Below, one piece after another: positions 1 to 9,700 of a DNA stretch of 20,000 bases (positions within the stretch are counted from its first letter, which is position 1; every line of letters begins with the position of its first letter). The notes under the pieces were generated by a model. That model was not told where the DNA came from. It saw only the letters and a list, made by a program, of their open reading frames with translations, and searched no databases. This stretch comes from an uncultured virus (IMG/VR IMGVR_UViG_3300025770_000897) (lineage: Duplodnaviria; Heunggongvirae; Uroviricota; Caudoviricetes), in IMG/VR virus record IMGVR_UViG_3300025770_000897; one strand, given 5' to 3'. Both the position numbers and the translations under genes were made by a program.

Positions 1-444
1 CCTCAAAATACTTTTTCTGGAGGTATCTCTGGCACAGCAGCACCGTATCCGTGGACTGTCACCGATGTTCCACCCCACTACGAACTTTTACCTCCAATTT
101 ACATTTTACCTGAGCAAACATGGGACTTTCGATTCACTATGCTTAATGACCTTCGTGATTACTGCGCTACGGCGGGCATAACTGAAATCCCTGAAACGAC
201 AATTTTGGCTCAATGTTTCGTGCAATACCATTTATTTGATGGACCCGATGCTTTAATTTGTCACCAATTACTTGAAATGGGTATTCCAATTACAGTTGAT
301 AACGTCGAGTGGTATAAAAGAATCTTACTTCGTAGCAGAGGTCTTGATACTCAAACATGGGAATACTATCTGTCAGCCATGCAAGCCTACCGAGAAAGAG
401 ATGAATACCACGAAAAATACGGTTCACGCACCCGAAAAGGATAA
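1..444 (+). CDS. 5'-truncated hypothetical protein, probably virion-structural
   Basis: Frame 1 is open from base 1 (PQNTFSGGISGTAAPYPW...LPPIYILPEQTWDFRFT) through the listed 139..444 ORF to TAA at 442-444, so the gene most likely starts upstream of the window. Function is inferred only from position. Confidence 0.7.
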   Translation, partial: PQNTFSGGISGTAAPYPWTVTDVPPHYELLPPIYILPEQTWDFRFTMLNDLRDYCATAGITEIPETTILAQCFVQYHLFDGPDALICHQLLEMGIPITVDNVEWYKRILLRSRGLDTQTWEYYLSAMQAYRERDEYHEKYGSRTRKG

Positions 445-463
445 CTACCACTTCGGGGAAATC

Positions 464-475
464 TTTAAGTAGTCG
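464..475 (+). promoter_or_regulatory. Archaeal TATA-box promoter TTTAAGTAGTCG
   Basis: First T lies exactly 30 nt upstream of ATG 494. The identical 12-mer occurs at 3792 (+) and 15102 (-). Confidence 0.8.
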
Positions 476-493
476 GAGCATCCATGAAACTGT

Positions 494-1423
494 ATGAGTT
501 ACTCTGGTTCTTACGGCGAAAACATTCGTGACAGAAAGCGACCTTATCGCAAGCAAGCCCTTCAAACCGGCTATTCTCAAAAAGGTGCAGCAGTAAATAG
601 CACACCACAACCAGTTCACACTTATTCAACGGCTACGGTTCAACAAACTGAAGCCATTCGACCCGGAGTGGACCCACACACATTCAATCGGCCAGTTCGC
701 CCTGCGGTAGAAGCCATTGAAGGAGGTATGCCGATTGCTTCGGCTTTCTTTCCGTGGCACACAGTATCTAAGCCAGAGTCTGCGAACCTTATTCAGCGTC
801 AAAAAGTTAATTTGACCACTACCAACATCGCTAACGGTGCTTATCTCGATGCGGTCGTTATCAATGTTTCTAACAACGTCACAGGAACTGATTCATGGAC
901 TGGTGGCGCACCAGTTTCCACCGCTTTCACAGGCACAGCCCCATCTCCCAGACTTCCACAACAAGTCGGAACGATTACTTCCACGCCCGGTGCGCCCAGT
1001 AACACTGGTCAAGCCAACCGTCGGAATGTCAGCACAAACCCAGTGACCAGTCGTGCAGCAGGTGGCACAACCTTTGCACCCTCAATTGCTAATATCACCT
1101 CTGGTTCTAATCAATTCATTTATCGAGTAGCCAGTTTCGGCCATGCTGAAAGCACAGGTGCCGCTAATGGCGTTACTTATCAGATTTGGATTGATGGAAA
1201 GTTATTCATGGAATGGCCGGATTTCCAATGGTCACCTACAATTCCACAGCGAGACCAATGGTTCTTTGAAAATCCATTAGTTGTAGAACAGCAAATTGTC
1301 TATCGTGTTATCAACGAAACTGGTGGAGTCATCAATACTGGTGTAGCCGAGGCTATCTTCTCAGGCTGGGTTGAAAACCGTGACTACTACAACGATGTAG
1401 GATACGACCAACTCAAGTCTTGA
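494..1423 (+). CDS. Putative virion structural protein, 309 aa, with a beta-rich C-terminal domain (possible single jelly-roll)
   Basis: Long ORF with its own TATA box. Basic N-terminus, Thr/Pro/Gly-rich middle, and C-terminal alternating hydrophobic strands (FIYRVASF, VTYQIWIDG, FFENPLVV, IVYRVIN, AEAIFSGW). The fold is inference. Confidence 0.55.
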   Translation: MSYSGSYGENIRDRKRPYRKQALQTGYSQKGAAVNSTPQPVHTYSTATVQQTEAIRPGVDPHTFNRPVRPAVEAIEGGMPIASAFFPWHTVSKPESANLIQRQKVNLTTTNIANGAYLDAVVINVSNNVTGTDSWTGGAPVSTAFTGTAPSPRLPQQVGTITSTPGAPSNTGQANRRNVSTNPVTSRAAGGTTFAPSIANITSGSNQFIYRVASFGHAESTGAANGVTYQIWIDGKLFMEWPDFQWSPTIPQRDQWFFENPLVVEQQIVYRVINETGGVINTGVAEAIFSGWVENRDYYNDVGYDQLKS

Positions 1424-1435
1424 GGTGAATAAAAC

Positions 1436-2098
1436 ATGGCATCAATCTACTCTGGCTCCGACGCTGGTAAATCTGGCTTAGAATTGGTGGAACTTGATGG
1501 TAGCCCTGATGTTCGAGGAGTTACCAAAATCAAAGTTTCCAATACCACGCTCACGGATGATGGCAACGGCGAAGTTACCTTACAAACAGGCGGCGGTGGC
1601 GGTGGCGGTGGAACAGTTACCGAAGTAGCCACAGGAGTCGGATTACAAGGAGGCCCAATTACTACCACAGGAACTATTGCTCTTACCGATACCGCAGTTA
1701 CACCGGGAGTTTATACCAACGCCACAGTTACTGTAAATCAAAAAGGAAGGATAACTGCCGCTTCAAGTGGGACAGGAGGAGGTGTGACACTTTCAGGCAG
1801 CACCAACAATACCATTTCCACCGTCACAGGTGCTAACGCCCTACAAGGAGAAGCCAATTTAACTTTTGACGGCACACTTCTAACAGTTACAGGTAATTTG
1901 TCAGTCGGTGTCAATGCAGCCAGCACTCTTGGATTTTATGGGGCTACTCCGACGGCTCGTATAACAATTGATGATATTACTGCTGCTCCACCCCCAGACC
2001 CCGGACAAGGTGGACAATTTGCTACCGTAGATGCTTTGGTCGCTTGGGCTGCTACGGTTCAAGGGCTGATTACTACTATTGGACTCGGAAATGTATGA
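1436..2098 (+). CDS. Fibre/spike-like structural protein, 220 aa
   Basis: RBS GAGGTGA at 1422-1428. Carries phage-fibre-type motifs GTVTEVATGVGLQGGPITTTGTIAL, VTPGVYTNATVTVNQKGRITAASSG and LQGEANLTFDGT, plus a poly-Gly hinge. Confidence 0.75.
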   Translation: MASIYSGSDAGKSGLELVELDGSPDVRGVTKIKVSNTTLTDDGNGEVTLQTGGGGGGGGTVTEVATGVGLQGGPITTTGTIALTDTAVTPGVYTNATVTVNQKGRITAASSGTGGGVTLSGSTNNTISTVTGANALQGEANLTFDGTLLTVTGNLSVGVNAASTLGFYGATPTARITIDDITAAPPPDPGQGGQFATVDALVAWAATVQGLITTIGLGNV

Positions 2099-2122
2099 AA
2101 CTAATGCTGGAGATGATGATTT

Positions 2123-2731
2123 GTGGCTACTAAATACACCGGTTCAAATGAGGGTGTTGAAGGTCTCCGAATGCGAGACCAAGATGGTAACCCTAACGTC
2201 ACCCCAGTAACTGAGATTCGAGTTACCAACGGCACTTTAACCGATGATGGCAACGGCATAGTCTCTTTGCAGACTGGCGGAGGCGGAGGTGGTGGAGGCA
2301 CATCTTCAGGACCCACAGGTGCAGTTCAACTTTCAGACGGTGGCGGTGGTTTCACCAACGATACAGATTTAGATTATGATAGCACCAATGACCGACTCAA
2401 TTTGGGCGATTCAGCCCTCGGAACGGCAGCAACGGCTGTGCCGGGGATAGCAACAATTATTGATTCATGGCCTATTACTACTTATCGTTCTGCTAAATAC
2501 TCAGTTCAAATTACCGATACAGTTACTGCTGAATATCAAACTTCCGAGATAGCAGAACTTCACGATGGAGCCACAGTTATTTTTAATGAATACGGTGTTT
2601 TGTTTTCGGGAGGTAACCCACTCGGAACTTTCGCCGGCAACATTTCTTCGGGTGCGGCTCGCCTTATTTTTACTCCCACTAATGCTAACGCTATGAACAT
2701 CAAAGTTACTCGAACCTTGTTAGAAGTCTAA
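2123..2731 (+). CDS. Virion structural protein, 202 aa; N-terminus shared with 1436 ORF, C-terminus is a YRSAKY-type beta domain
   Basis: GTG start after GGAGATGA. The C-terminal IDSW..TTYRSAKYSVQI...EI..LHDG.....EYG.L......GTF...ISSG..RL.FTP pattern resembles a domain common in structural proteins of marine T4-like phages. Confidence 0.75.
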   Translation: MATKYTGSNEGVEGLRMRDQDGNPNVTPVTEIRVTNGTLTDDGNGIVSLQTGGGGGGGGTSSGPTGAVQLSDGGGGFTNDTDLDYDSTNDRLNLGDSALGTAATAVPGIATIIDSWPITTYRSAKYSVQITDTVTAEYQTSEIAELHDGATVIFNEYGVLFSGGNPLGTFAGNISSGAARLIFTPTNANAMNIKVTRTLLEV

Positions 2732-2738
2732 CGACATC

Positions 2739-2746
2739 TTTAAATA
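2739..2746 (+). promoter_or_regulatory. TATA box TTTAAATA for a short-leader transcript
   Basis: Intergenic, 42 nt upstream of ATG 2781. An RBS-like GGAGTTGA begins at 2769, 30 nt downstream of the box. Confidence 0.6.
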
Positions 2747-2780
2747 GCAAAAGGAATAAAGATTTACTGGAGTTGATTTT

Positions 2781-3782
2781 ATGGCCCAAGCACCATTTCG
2801 AGTCGCAGCCTTGACAGCCACGGGCGATGTCACTTTAGGTGCTACTGGACAATTGACTGTCACGGCTTCTAACGGGAACATCGAAACTTCAGGAACCGGA
2901 AGTTTCGGAGCAACTACGGTGACCAGTCTTAACGCCAGTTCTGGTGGAATCACCAATGCAGGTGCAATTGCTGGTGCTACTACAATTAACGCTTCTGGAG
3001 CAATCACTGGCGGCACACTTACTGACGGAACTGCTTTAACCATAACTGGTGGAAACCTTACTGGTGCTACTACTGTTTCTTCCGTTACTGTCACCGATGG
3101 TGCAGGTTCTACTATGACTGGTGGCTCAGTTACCGCTACAACTCTCACGGATGGTGCTTTCAGCGTTACATCTGGTGCCGTCACAGGCGTAACTACTTTG
3201 AATATGTCCTCAACTCTGACCATTGGAACTGGTGGCACAACTTACGCTTTCCCAACGGCTCGTGGAACTGCAAATCAAATCTTGAAGATTGATGGTTCTG
3301 GTAATCTAACTTTCCAAGATGACGGTGGAGCCACAGGTCCCGGTGGAGCATCTGGAAACATTCAGTTTAACGACGGAGCAGGTGGTTTCAGTGGAGAAGC
3401 ATCTTTGAATTGGGATTCTACCAATGACGTTCTCGAACTCGGAAACGGTGGAACTGCTTACGCTGGTATTGCCAGTAACACTCAAGCCGTTGCTGGTGGA
3501 GCAACCACAGCCATTGATACTTTCGCTCAAACCGCTTATGTGGCTGCTAAATACTTGATTACCGCAGAAAATGTAGGTAACAACGAAGTTCATACCGTAG
3601 AACTTTTGATTTCTGGTGACGGCACTACTACTAATTTCGTGCCTTTCGCTGATGTCTTTACTGGAGGCGCACCGTTGTTTTCAATTGCAGTATCAGGAAC
3701 CGGAACTATTTCGATTGATGTTACCAATTTAGATGGTGCTAACGCTATCAACGTTCAATTTATGCGAACCACACTTGCTTAA
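2781..3782 (+). CDS. Fibre-like structural protein, 333 aa, with Thr/Gly repeats and a C-terminal YxAAKY domain
   Basis: Contains ITGGTLTDG-type repeats, a YAFPTARGTANQILKIDGSGNLTF fibre motif and GNIQFNDGAGGFSG. The C-terminal domain is paralogous to that of the 2123 ORF. Confidence 0.75.
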   Translation: MAQAPFRVAALTATGDVTLGATGQLTVTASNGNIETSGTGSFGATTVTSLNASSGGITNAGAIAGATTINASGAITGGTLTDGTALTITGGNLTGATTVSSVTVTDGAGSTMTGGSVTATTLTDGAFSVTSGAVTGVTTLNMSSTLTIGTGGTTYAFPTARGTANQILKIDGSGNLTFQDDGGATGPGGASGNIQFNDGAGGFSGEASLNWDSTNDVLELGNGGTAYAGIASNTQAVAGGATTAIDTFAQTAYVAAKYLITAENVGNNEVHTVELLISGDGTTTNFVPFADVFTGGAPLFSIAVSGTGTISIDVTNLDGANAINVQFMRTTLA

Positions 3783-3791
3783 GCAGAGAGT

Positions 3792-3803
3792 TTTAAGTAG
3801 TCG
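3792..3803 (+). promoter_or_regulatory. TATA-box promoter TTTAAGTAGTCG
   Basis: Exactly 30 nt upstream of ATG 3822. Confidence 0.8.
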
Positions 3804-3821
3804 TGAAACTTTATTCTTATC

Positions 3822-6101
3822 ATGGCTGAAGTCCCTTTCCGTGTCAAGGATGTAACTGCTTCAGATGAAGTGAAAGTTCCCAGTAGCAAACTTTTCATCA
3901 ATAATACTGCGGTTACCAGTTCTGCGGCAGATTTAAATCAACTCGATGGCATAACCCTCGGCACAGCCGCCCAAGCCAACACGGGAGATTTTGCTACGGC
4001 TGCACAAGGAGCCACAGCAGACACGGCTTTACAAGTGGTAGCCGTAGATGGAACCACAATTACAGGAGATGGAACAGGAGGCAACCCTTTAATCGCAGCC
4101 TCACAAGGTATTTCTATCGGAGATACCATCACAGGAGCCACAGAAGGTTCAGTATTATTTGCGGGTTCGTCGGGTGTTCTTACTCAAGACAATGCTAAGT
4201 TGTTTTTCGATGACAGCACTAACCGATTAGGCGTAGGAACAAATAATCCTTCGGTTTTACTTCACCTTCAAGAGAACTCTTTGGATGAAATACTACGGAT
4301 TGAATCAACAGATGCTACGGCAGGTTCTAACTCCGCCCCCGATGTAGTGATTAAAAGCCCTAAACAGACCGCTGACGACTACTTAGGAAGTCTTTGGTGG
4401 TATGGGAACGATGATGGCGGAAACGCCGAAGCATACGCCCGTATAGGGGTAATTTTAGACGACCCTACCGATGGTGTGGAATCAGGTGCTATGTTTATCC
4501 AATCCGATATTGAAGGAACTCTTAGAACCATGCTTTACATAGAAGGCCATACCACAGGCGGAACGGGGCAAGTAGTAACCAATTATAACGCTAAAAATGT
4601 CAATTTTAGAACCTTAAATCTCGCAGCCCCCGCAGGTCCCGGTGGCTACGGTATCGCTCATGATGCTTCCACAGGAAGAATAGGAATTGGGACTTCTGCA
4701 CCATCTTCACTTTTACACTTAGTAGGTGTTGATGATGATAATCCAGAACTTCGCATCAGCAGGTCGGGTGTTACCTCTCAATATCTTTCGATGCAAAATG
4801 AAGATGCTTCCGGTGGTTTCGTTTCTTCTCAATCGGGTGAAAGCAATAAAAAGCCACTTTACTTAGAATCCCTCCATAATTCGGGTGGTTCAGCCGCAGG
4901 TGATAACTCCATTTTGATTAGAACGGGTGCTGCTTCAAGTCCGACTACCAGAGTGACCTTAAGTGATACCGCCAACAAGTTCATAATCGAAAGCGGAACT
5001 GTGTTGAGCGTGGATGATAACATAAGAGTAGGCAATACTTCAGGACCCACAGAAACAGATTATTCAATATCGGCTTCCAAAAGTGCATCCACAGTCTCAG
5101 GTGGGTTATTTTCTTCAAGCACTGGTGAAGGTGCAATTACTAATGATAATGCAGGGTGGTGGCTTACTGCGGCGGGAATGAATACCTCTTCTAAATATAC
5201 CCCTGCGCTCAAGTTCGGTTCATCCGACACCGCATTCACTACGGATAGCCCAAAATGGCTTGCAGGTATCATAGGTCGAGCAGGTGAAACGTATTCTTCC
5301 GATACTACTGGTGGTATGGCTCTTGATTTCTTAACTTTCCCCGATGGTGGAGGTGCTACGGGTGGACCCACAACCCGTATGACAATTCACGAAAACGGTT
5401 TTGTCGGTATTGGAACAACATCCCCTGCTGAAGAATTGCACATTGTCGGTTCCTCAGACCCCAAAATTAGAATTACCGAAACGGGTCAAAGTGGTTATAC
5501 TGAAATTACTGCTTTTGCTGATTCTTATGGTGCATTCAAAATCATTAACGAAACTAACAATGAATCAACCATTATGGATTTATCGGCTGAAAGTAGCGGA
5601 ACAGGGGCGCAAACCATCAGAATGTTTAGAACAGCCAACACCAGTGCTGCTTCCACCAGATTCCAAATCCTATCACCCGGTTCAACAACCGAAACTTTCA
5701 GAGTAGATGCTTCTAACGGACAAGTAACTCAAGCCTTTGCTAAAAACGGTGTATTAACTGCTGATTCCAACGGTGCGCTACAAATTGCCTCCAACTTATC
5801 CGACGTAGCCTATCTCCAAACCGTAGCCATTGGTTCAGGTCTTAGTGGTGACGGCACAACAGGTAATCCATTAGTGGCTACTGGTGGCGGTGGTGGCCTA
5901 CAACCCGGTGACAATGTTTCATTATTGACCAATGACGCAAATTACATCAACCCTCAACAAATAGGTGCGTTTGCTCCACCTGCGGCTCCACCAACTACTG
6001 CCGCACTTGCTGATTCGCCTACGGGTGGTCCTTTGAATCCCACAGGTTGGTTAGAAATTGATGTCGGATTGGGTCCTATGTTTGTTCCTGTTTTCCAATG
6101 A
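3822..6101 (+). CDS. Long fibre / receptor-binding protein, 759 aa
   Basis: Three G[IV]GTxxPxxxLH[LI] repeats typical of trimeric phage fibres, ATAAQGATADTALQ, two GDGTxGNPL motifs, LQPGDNVSLLTNDANY, and a C-terminal PTGWLEIDV....FVPVF. No peptidase S74 chaperone domain is recognisable. Confidence 0.8.
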   Translation: MAEVPFRVKDVTASDEVKVPSSKLFINNTAVTSSAADLNQLDGITLGTAAQANTGDFATAAQGATADTALQVVAVDGTTITGDGTGGNPLIAASQGISIGDTITGATEGSVLFAGSSGVLTQDNAKLFFDDSTNRLGVGTNNPSVLLHLQENSLDEILRIESTDATAGSNSAPDVVIKSPKQTADDYLGSLWWYGNDDGGNAEAYARIGVILDDPTDGVESGAMFIQSDIEGTLRTMLYIEGHTTGGTGQVVTNYNAKNVNFRTLNLAAPAGPGGYGIAHDASTGRIGIGTSAPSSLLHLVGVDDDNPELRISRSGVTSQYLSMQNEDASGGFVSSQSGESNKKPLYLESLHNSGGSAAGDNSILIRTGAASSPTTRVTLSDTANKFIIESGTVLSVDDNIRVGNTSGPTETDYSISASKSASTVSGGLFSSSTGEGAITNDNAGWWLTAAGMNTSSKYTPALKFGSSDTAFTTDSPKWLAGIIGRAGETYSSDTTGGMALDFLTFPDGGGATGGPTTRMTIHENGFVGIGTTSPAEELHIVGSSDPKIRITETGQSGYTEITAFADSYGAFKIINETNNESTIMDLSAESSGTGAQTIRMFRTANTSAASTRFQILSPGSTTETFRVDASNGQVTQAFAKNGVLTADSNGALQIASNLSDVAYLQTVAIGSGLSGDGTTGNPLVATGGGGGLQPGDNVSLLTNDANYINPQQIGAFAPPAAPPTTAALADSPTGGPLNPTGWLEIDVGLGPMFVPVFQ

Positions 6102-6102
6102 G

Positions 6103-6110
6103 TTTAAATC
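6103..6110 (+). promoter_or_regulatory. TATA-box variant TTTAAATC
   Basis: Exactly 30 nt upstream of ATG 6133. Confidence 0.6.
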
Positions 6111-6132
6111 AGTGATTCGGCTTATCACGACC

Positions 6133-6297
6133 ATGACCCTGAAACCAGTTAAACTAACGCATCCCGAACTTAGTCTTCTGTTGAATCTTCTTAATCAAGC
6201 CAGCGTTCAAGGCATTGAAAATGTCAGAGTAGTTTTAGCCGTAGCCGACAAACTAACGGCGTTGCTTCCTGCTGAATCAGATACTACAAATGCTTAA
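6133..6297 (+). CDS. Small helical protein, 54 aa (start revised from 6058); possible fibre-associated chaperone
   Basis: MTLKPVKLTHPELSLLLNLLNQASVQGIENVRVVLAVADKL. The revised start removes the overlap with the fibre gene and fits the 30-nt TATA spacing. The role is inferred from position only. Confidence 0.6.
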   Translation: MTLKPVKLTHPELSLLLNLLNQASVQGIENVRVVLAVADKLTALLPAESDTTNA

Positions 6298-6305
6298 GTA
6301 TCAGA
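6293..6305 (+). promoter_or_regulatory. TATA box CTTAAGTATCAGA overlapping the upstream stop codon
   Basis: Exactly 30 nt upstream of ATG 6323. TTAAGTATCAGA also occurs at 17671-17682. Confidence 0.7.
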
Positions 6306-6322
6306 ACATCTTCAGAATAGTT

Positions 6323-6487
6323 ATGACTAACTGGAATTATTGGAGTCTTGGTTTTGCGACTTTGGCTATGTTTGCATCTTTAGCCGCTATCTCAACGGAA
6401 AAGGCTGCTGAATATCCAGATTACCTCGACGAAACACCTTCAGAAGAAACTTTAGATTCTATGCGTGGTTTGGGGGCATCTGCTTGA
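6323..6487 (+). CDS. Small single-pass membrane protein, 54 aa (start revised from 6290)
   Basis: MTNWNYWSLGFATLAMFASLAAI is a hydrophobic segment followed by an acidic tail. TATA spacing supports the start. Confidence 0.6.
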   Translation: MTNWNYWSLGFATLAMFASLAAISTEKAAEYPDYLDETPSEETLDSMRGLGASA

Positions 6488-6708
6488 GTGAATCTGAAAC
6501 TAAATCAGTTCGCATGACTGTCACCAAATTAGGCCATAAATTAGATGATTTAACAGAAGTCATGGACATCATAACTAACGAAGTTATGGAAATTAAATCG
6601 GCTCTCAAATCTTTGGTTGAAGTCCAAAAAGAAATCATCAAAGCCACAGTTACCAGCAAACCTGAGCCGAAAACTCAAGATGAAACTGATTTCACCATGT
6701 ATGGTTGA
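6484..6708 (+). CDS. Small coiled-coil protein, 74 aa
   Basis: TTG start overlaps the upstream TGA (TTGA). Heptad-like LDDLTEVMDIITNEVMEIKSALKSLVEVQKEII. Confidence 0.55.
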   Translation: MSESETKSVRMTVTKLGHKLDDLTEVMDIITNEVMEIKSALKSLVEVQKEIIKATVTSKPEPKTQDETDFTMYG

Positions 6709-6714
6709 ATTATT

Positions 6715-9700
6715 TCACCACAGACTTTGCTGTTTGCCCAATTCTTGAGATTCAAAGGTTTCACTGACCCACTTTGAAACTTGGCTATACAATCCAGAAA
6801 TGTATTCGTTACAACCGTAGCGTTCAATCAGAGTCGCCATCAAGTCATCATATTTAGCCACTGAACCTTCCGTTACCGTCAAAATTAGATTACCGGGGCA
6901 ATAAATATCCACTGTTTCGCCAGTGAATCTGTCTTTTCGAGTATCCAATTTTGTTCTACATTTGCCCGAAACAGGCACACGTCGATAACTTTCACCACAT
7001 TTGGTGCATCGAACTTTCTGTTGCCCGTAAGCCCTAAGATTACCTCTCATGTCTCTAATCAAGTGTCTGTCAATCAATTTACTGGCTTGCTCGATGTTAT
7101 CCACCGATTCAAGGATTTCTCCAAGTGCAAATTGTTCCATTGTTTTTCGGCGCATAGAATCCAATGTGTTATACGGATTATTACGGGGTCCTGCTCCACA
7201 ATCTGAAGTGTCGTGAGTAAATCCTATCTTACCCACAGGCAATACGTCTTCATCAATCAAAGTTTCGACAATCCGAATACCATGCTTCAAGGCTTCTTTG
7301 GGTCCCGGTGGTTCTTCAGCGTTGCGAAGAAACTCATAAAACGAAACTGGATATTGCGACAAAATGTCGGTGTTCAAGGCTTCTTTATCAATCTCAGTGG
7401 CTACAATCCGAGTCGTCAGCGTTAGCGGTGCATCCATACGACCACCTCGATTCCGAGGCAAAAACATTCGGCTAAAATTGAGTAGCCCTTCGGTCAGCAA
7501 CATAATACAATCAATATCACCGTCGCAGTTGCGACGTTTAGCAGCATGGTAAAATGGATGACCGTAATGACCCTTAACAGGTGCCGTGCCGATAATCCTT
7601 GCTAAAACTGCCCCAGAGGTGTGAGGTGCAAGCCCCATGATTAACTGACCCACAAGTGCTTCAGCCCCAGCATCGTCTTTCAGCCGATAAAATGGCTCTA
7701 ACTCATACATAGTAACCAAAGCATCATCAGTGAAACGCATAGCCGCTAACAACGGTGTAACACAGTTTTGTGCAACCACTACATCTTGAGGCATCAATTC
7801 AATAACTTGGTCGTCAGCCACAACTGGTTGGCCTTGATAATCCACGTCGTAGCCCAAATCTCTGGCTCGTTCTGCCGTGATACCGATTTCATCGGGTCTA
7901 AAGTGAGTCATAGTAATGTCCACCATATCAAATCGAATTGTGCCGTCACGAAACGAACTTGTGCCGTTGCGTTGTCGCAGCACGGCTTTCAGTAAGTGTT
8001 CTGGAATCTTTTCACCAGAGCCAAGACTTTTGTTACCTTTGACTTTGGGTTCTACGGCTTGGTGAGTAGTTTCCATCGCTTCTTTCCACAATACATCAGC
8101 ATCCAAAGTTTGCTTTACCATACCCACAAAGTTGGTTTCAGTCGGTTTGTGTGCAGGGTCGCCCAAACAAACACCTTTCCATGTTTGCTCGTTGCATTCT
8201 GGACACACTCGAATACCTGTGTAATACTTTTCTGATTTACGAACCGCATCTGGAATCAATCGCTTTGTGCCTACATTAGAACCCACAGGCCAAATCCCGT
8301 GTGTGCTGGGATTCATTTCCCGATGTTTTGAACCTTCGGGCTTACCCATTCTGGCTCCAATTCTCAACGTAGTTCTCGGTCGAACTTGCACCCCAAAACT
8401 TTCGTTAATCCATTCTCTGGCGGATTTTTGGTCGAGGGTATTTAAACTATTCAATTCTTCAGCATCCATCAACGAAACTTTTTCAATAACTTTCAAAATC
8501 AAGCCGGCTTCAGCACCCAGCAAGACTCCTTCTGAATCCATGTCCACATTCAAACGATACACTAATTCTCGATATTTCTGAGGAACGCTTGATGTTAAAG
8601 TCAAAGCCATACTTGCCGCCATTTCCCCGATTTCAACTGCCGTGACATCATCAAGACCCACAGCAATATATTTCGGGTCTAAGGGAACTCCGTAAGTTTC
8701 CGACATACTCCACGCTTCCTTGAAACTTTCCGCAGATTTCAATCCGGCTTCTCCAACTATTTGGTCATGCCACTCCGAAACATAAGGACTTGGAGGAAGT
8801 GGATGGTTGTTTTCTAAGAACTCACCCACAGGCACTAACAATTCACCGATGTCCCAAACTTTTTCAATCGGCCAATCGGGTTCAGTCGGCAACAAAGACC
8901 ATTCATCAGTTTCTTCTAAACCTGCTCGAAGTTTCATTTCAGATTCTGAATTGATTCGTTTTCCTGAGCCATCTTTGAATTGCAGATACGGACCTTGTAT
9001 GGTATCGCATGGCGTAGCCACCGTAGCCTTGCCGGGTCGTTCATACTTCATTTGTGTGCCGCAAATAACGAAACCTCCGATAGCCATCATTGAAACAGGG
9101 TGCATCGCTGTGGTCGCCAGCCCAGCCAATCGACTTCGACCGTATCGTAGTCTCAAACCACCAACTTTCATCGGCAATCCAAAAATAGGGCGACCCGCTA
9201 AAACGTCACTCATGTATTTTTCACTGGGTTCAATGGTTTTAGACTTTCCACCCGTTTTGACGAAATCTCGAAGCCAGTCCCAACCATCCATTTCCAATTC
9301 TTCCACATACTTCAGAATCTTTGGGGCTTTTAACACCAAACCTTCGCACATAACCAACAACATACCTTCACGAACTCTGTTAGTGGGAACTCGTTCAAGG
9401 TCACGCTGACCTGTAACTTCACCGCCTACGCCTTCACCATCAACATAAACAGGACAGTTGTAAGCAATAACTTCTAATTGAGGATTAGAAGGTCGGTATT
9501 GTAATCCACGACTATACTTGGAAACTTCTTCTTTGTAGCGTTCCACTTCATTAAATGTCACTTGTGGTGGCTTTAATCCAAAATCACGACGTAACACATC
9601 AGCAATCAAAACACTCAACGCTTGACCCGTTCCACCTGCACTCCGAATAGGACCTGCATAATTCACCGCTAATGATTCGCTACCATCTTCATTAGTAATA

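Noticed and set aside
1588..2298. GGC/GGT/GGA trinucleotide runs at about 1588-1611 and 2275-2298 as microsatellites
   Set aside because: They encode poly-Gly hinges with mixed synonymous codons, so they are protein-level features.
1447..5371. Minus-strand ORFs antisense to the fibre genes (e.g. 2720..3238, 5060..5371)
   Set aside because: These are shadow frames caused by Gly/Thr/Ala codon bias, with no promoter or RBS support.
7525..7545. Intein at the usual DP2 insertion point (RRN/CDGD)
   Set aside because: The motif HAAKRRNCDGD is contiguous, so no intein is present.
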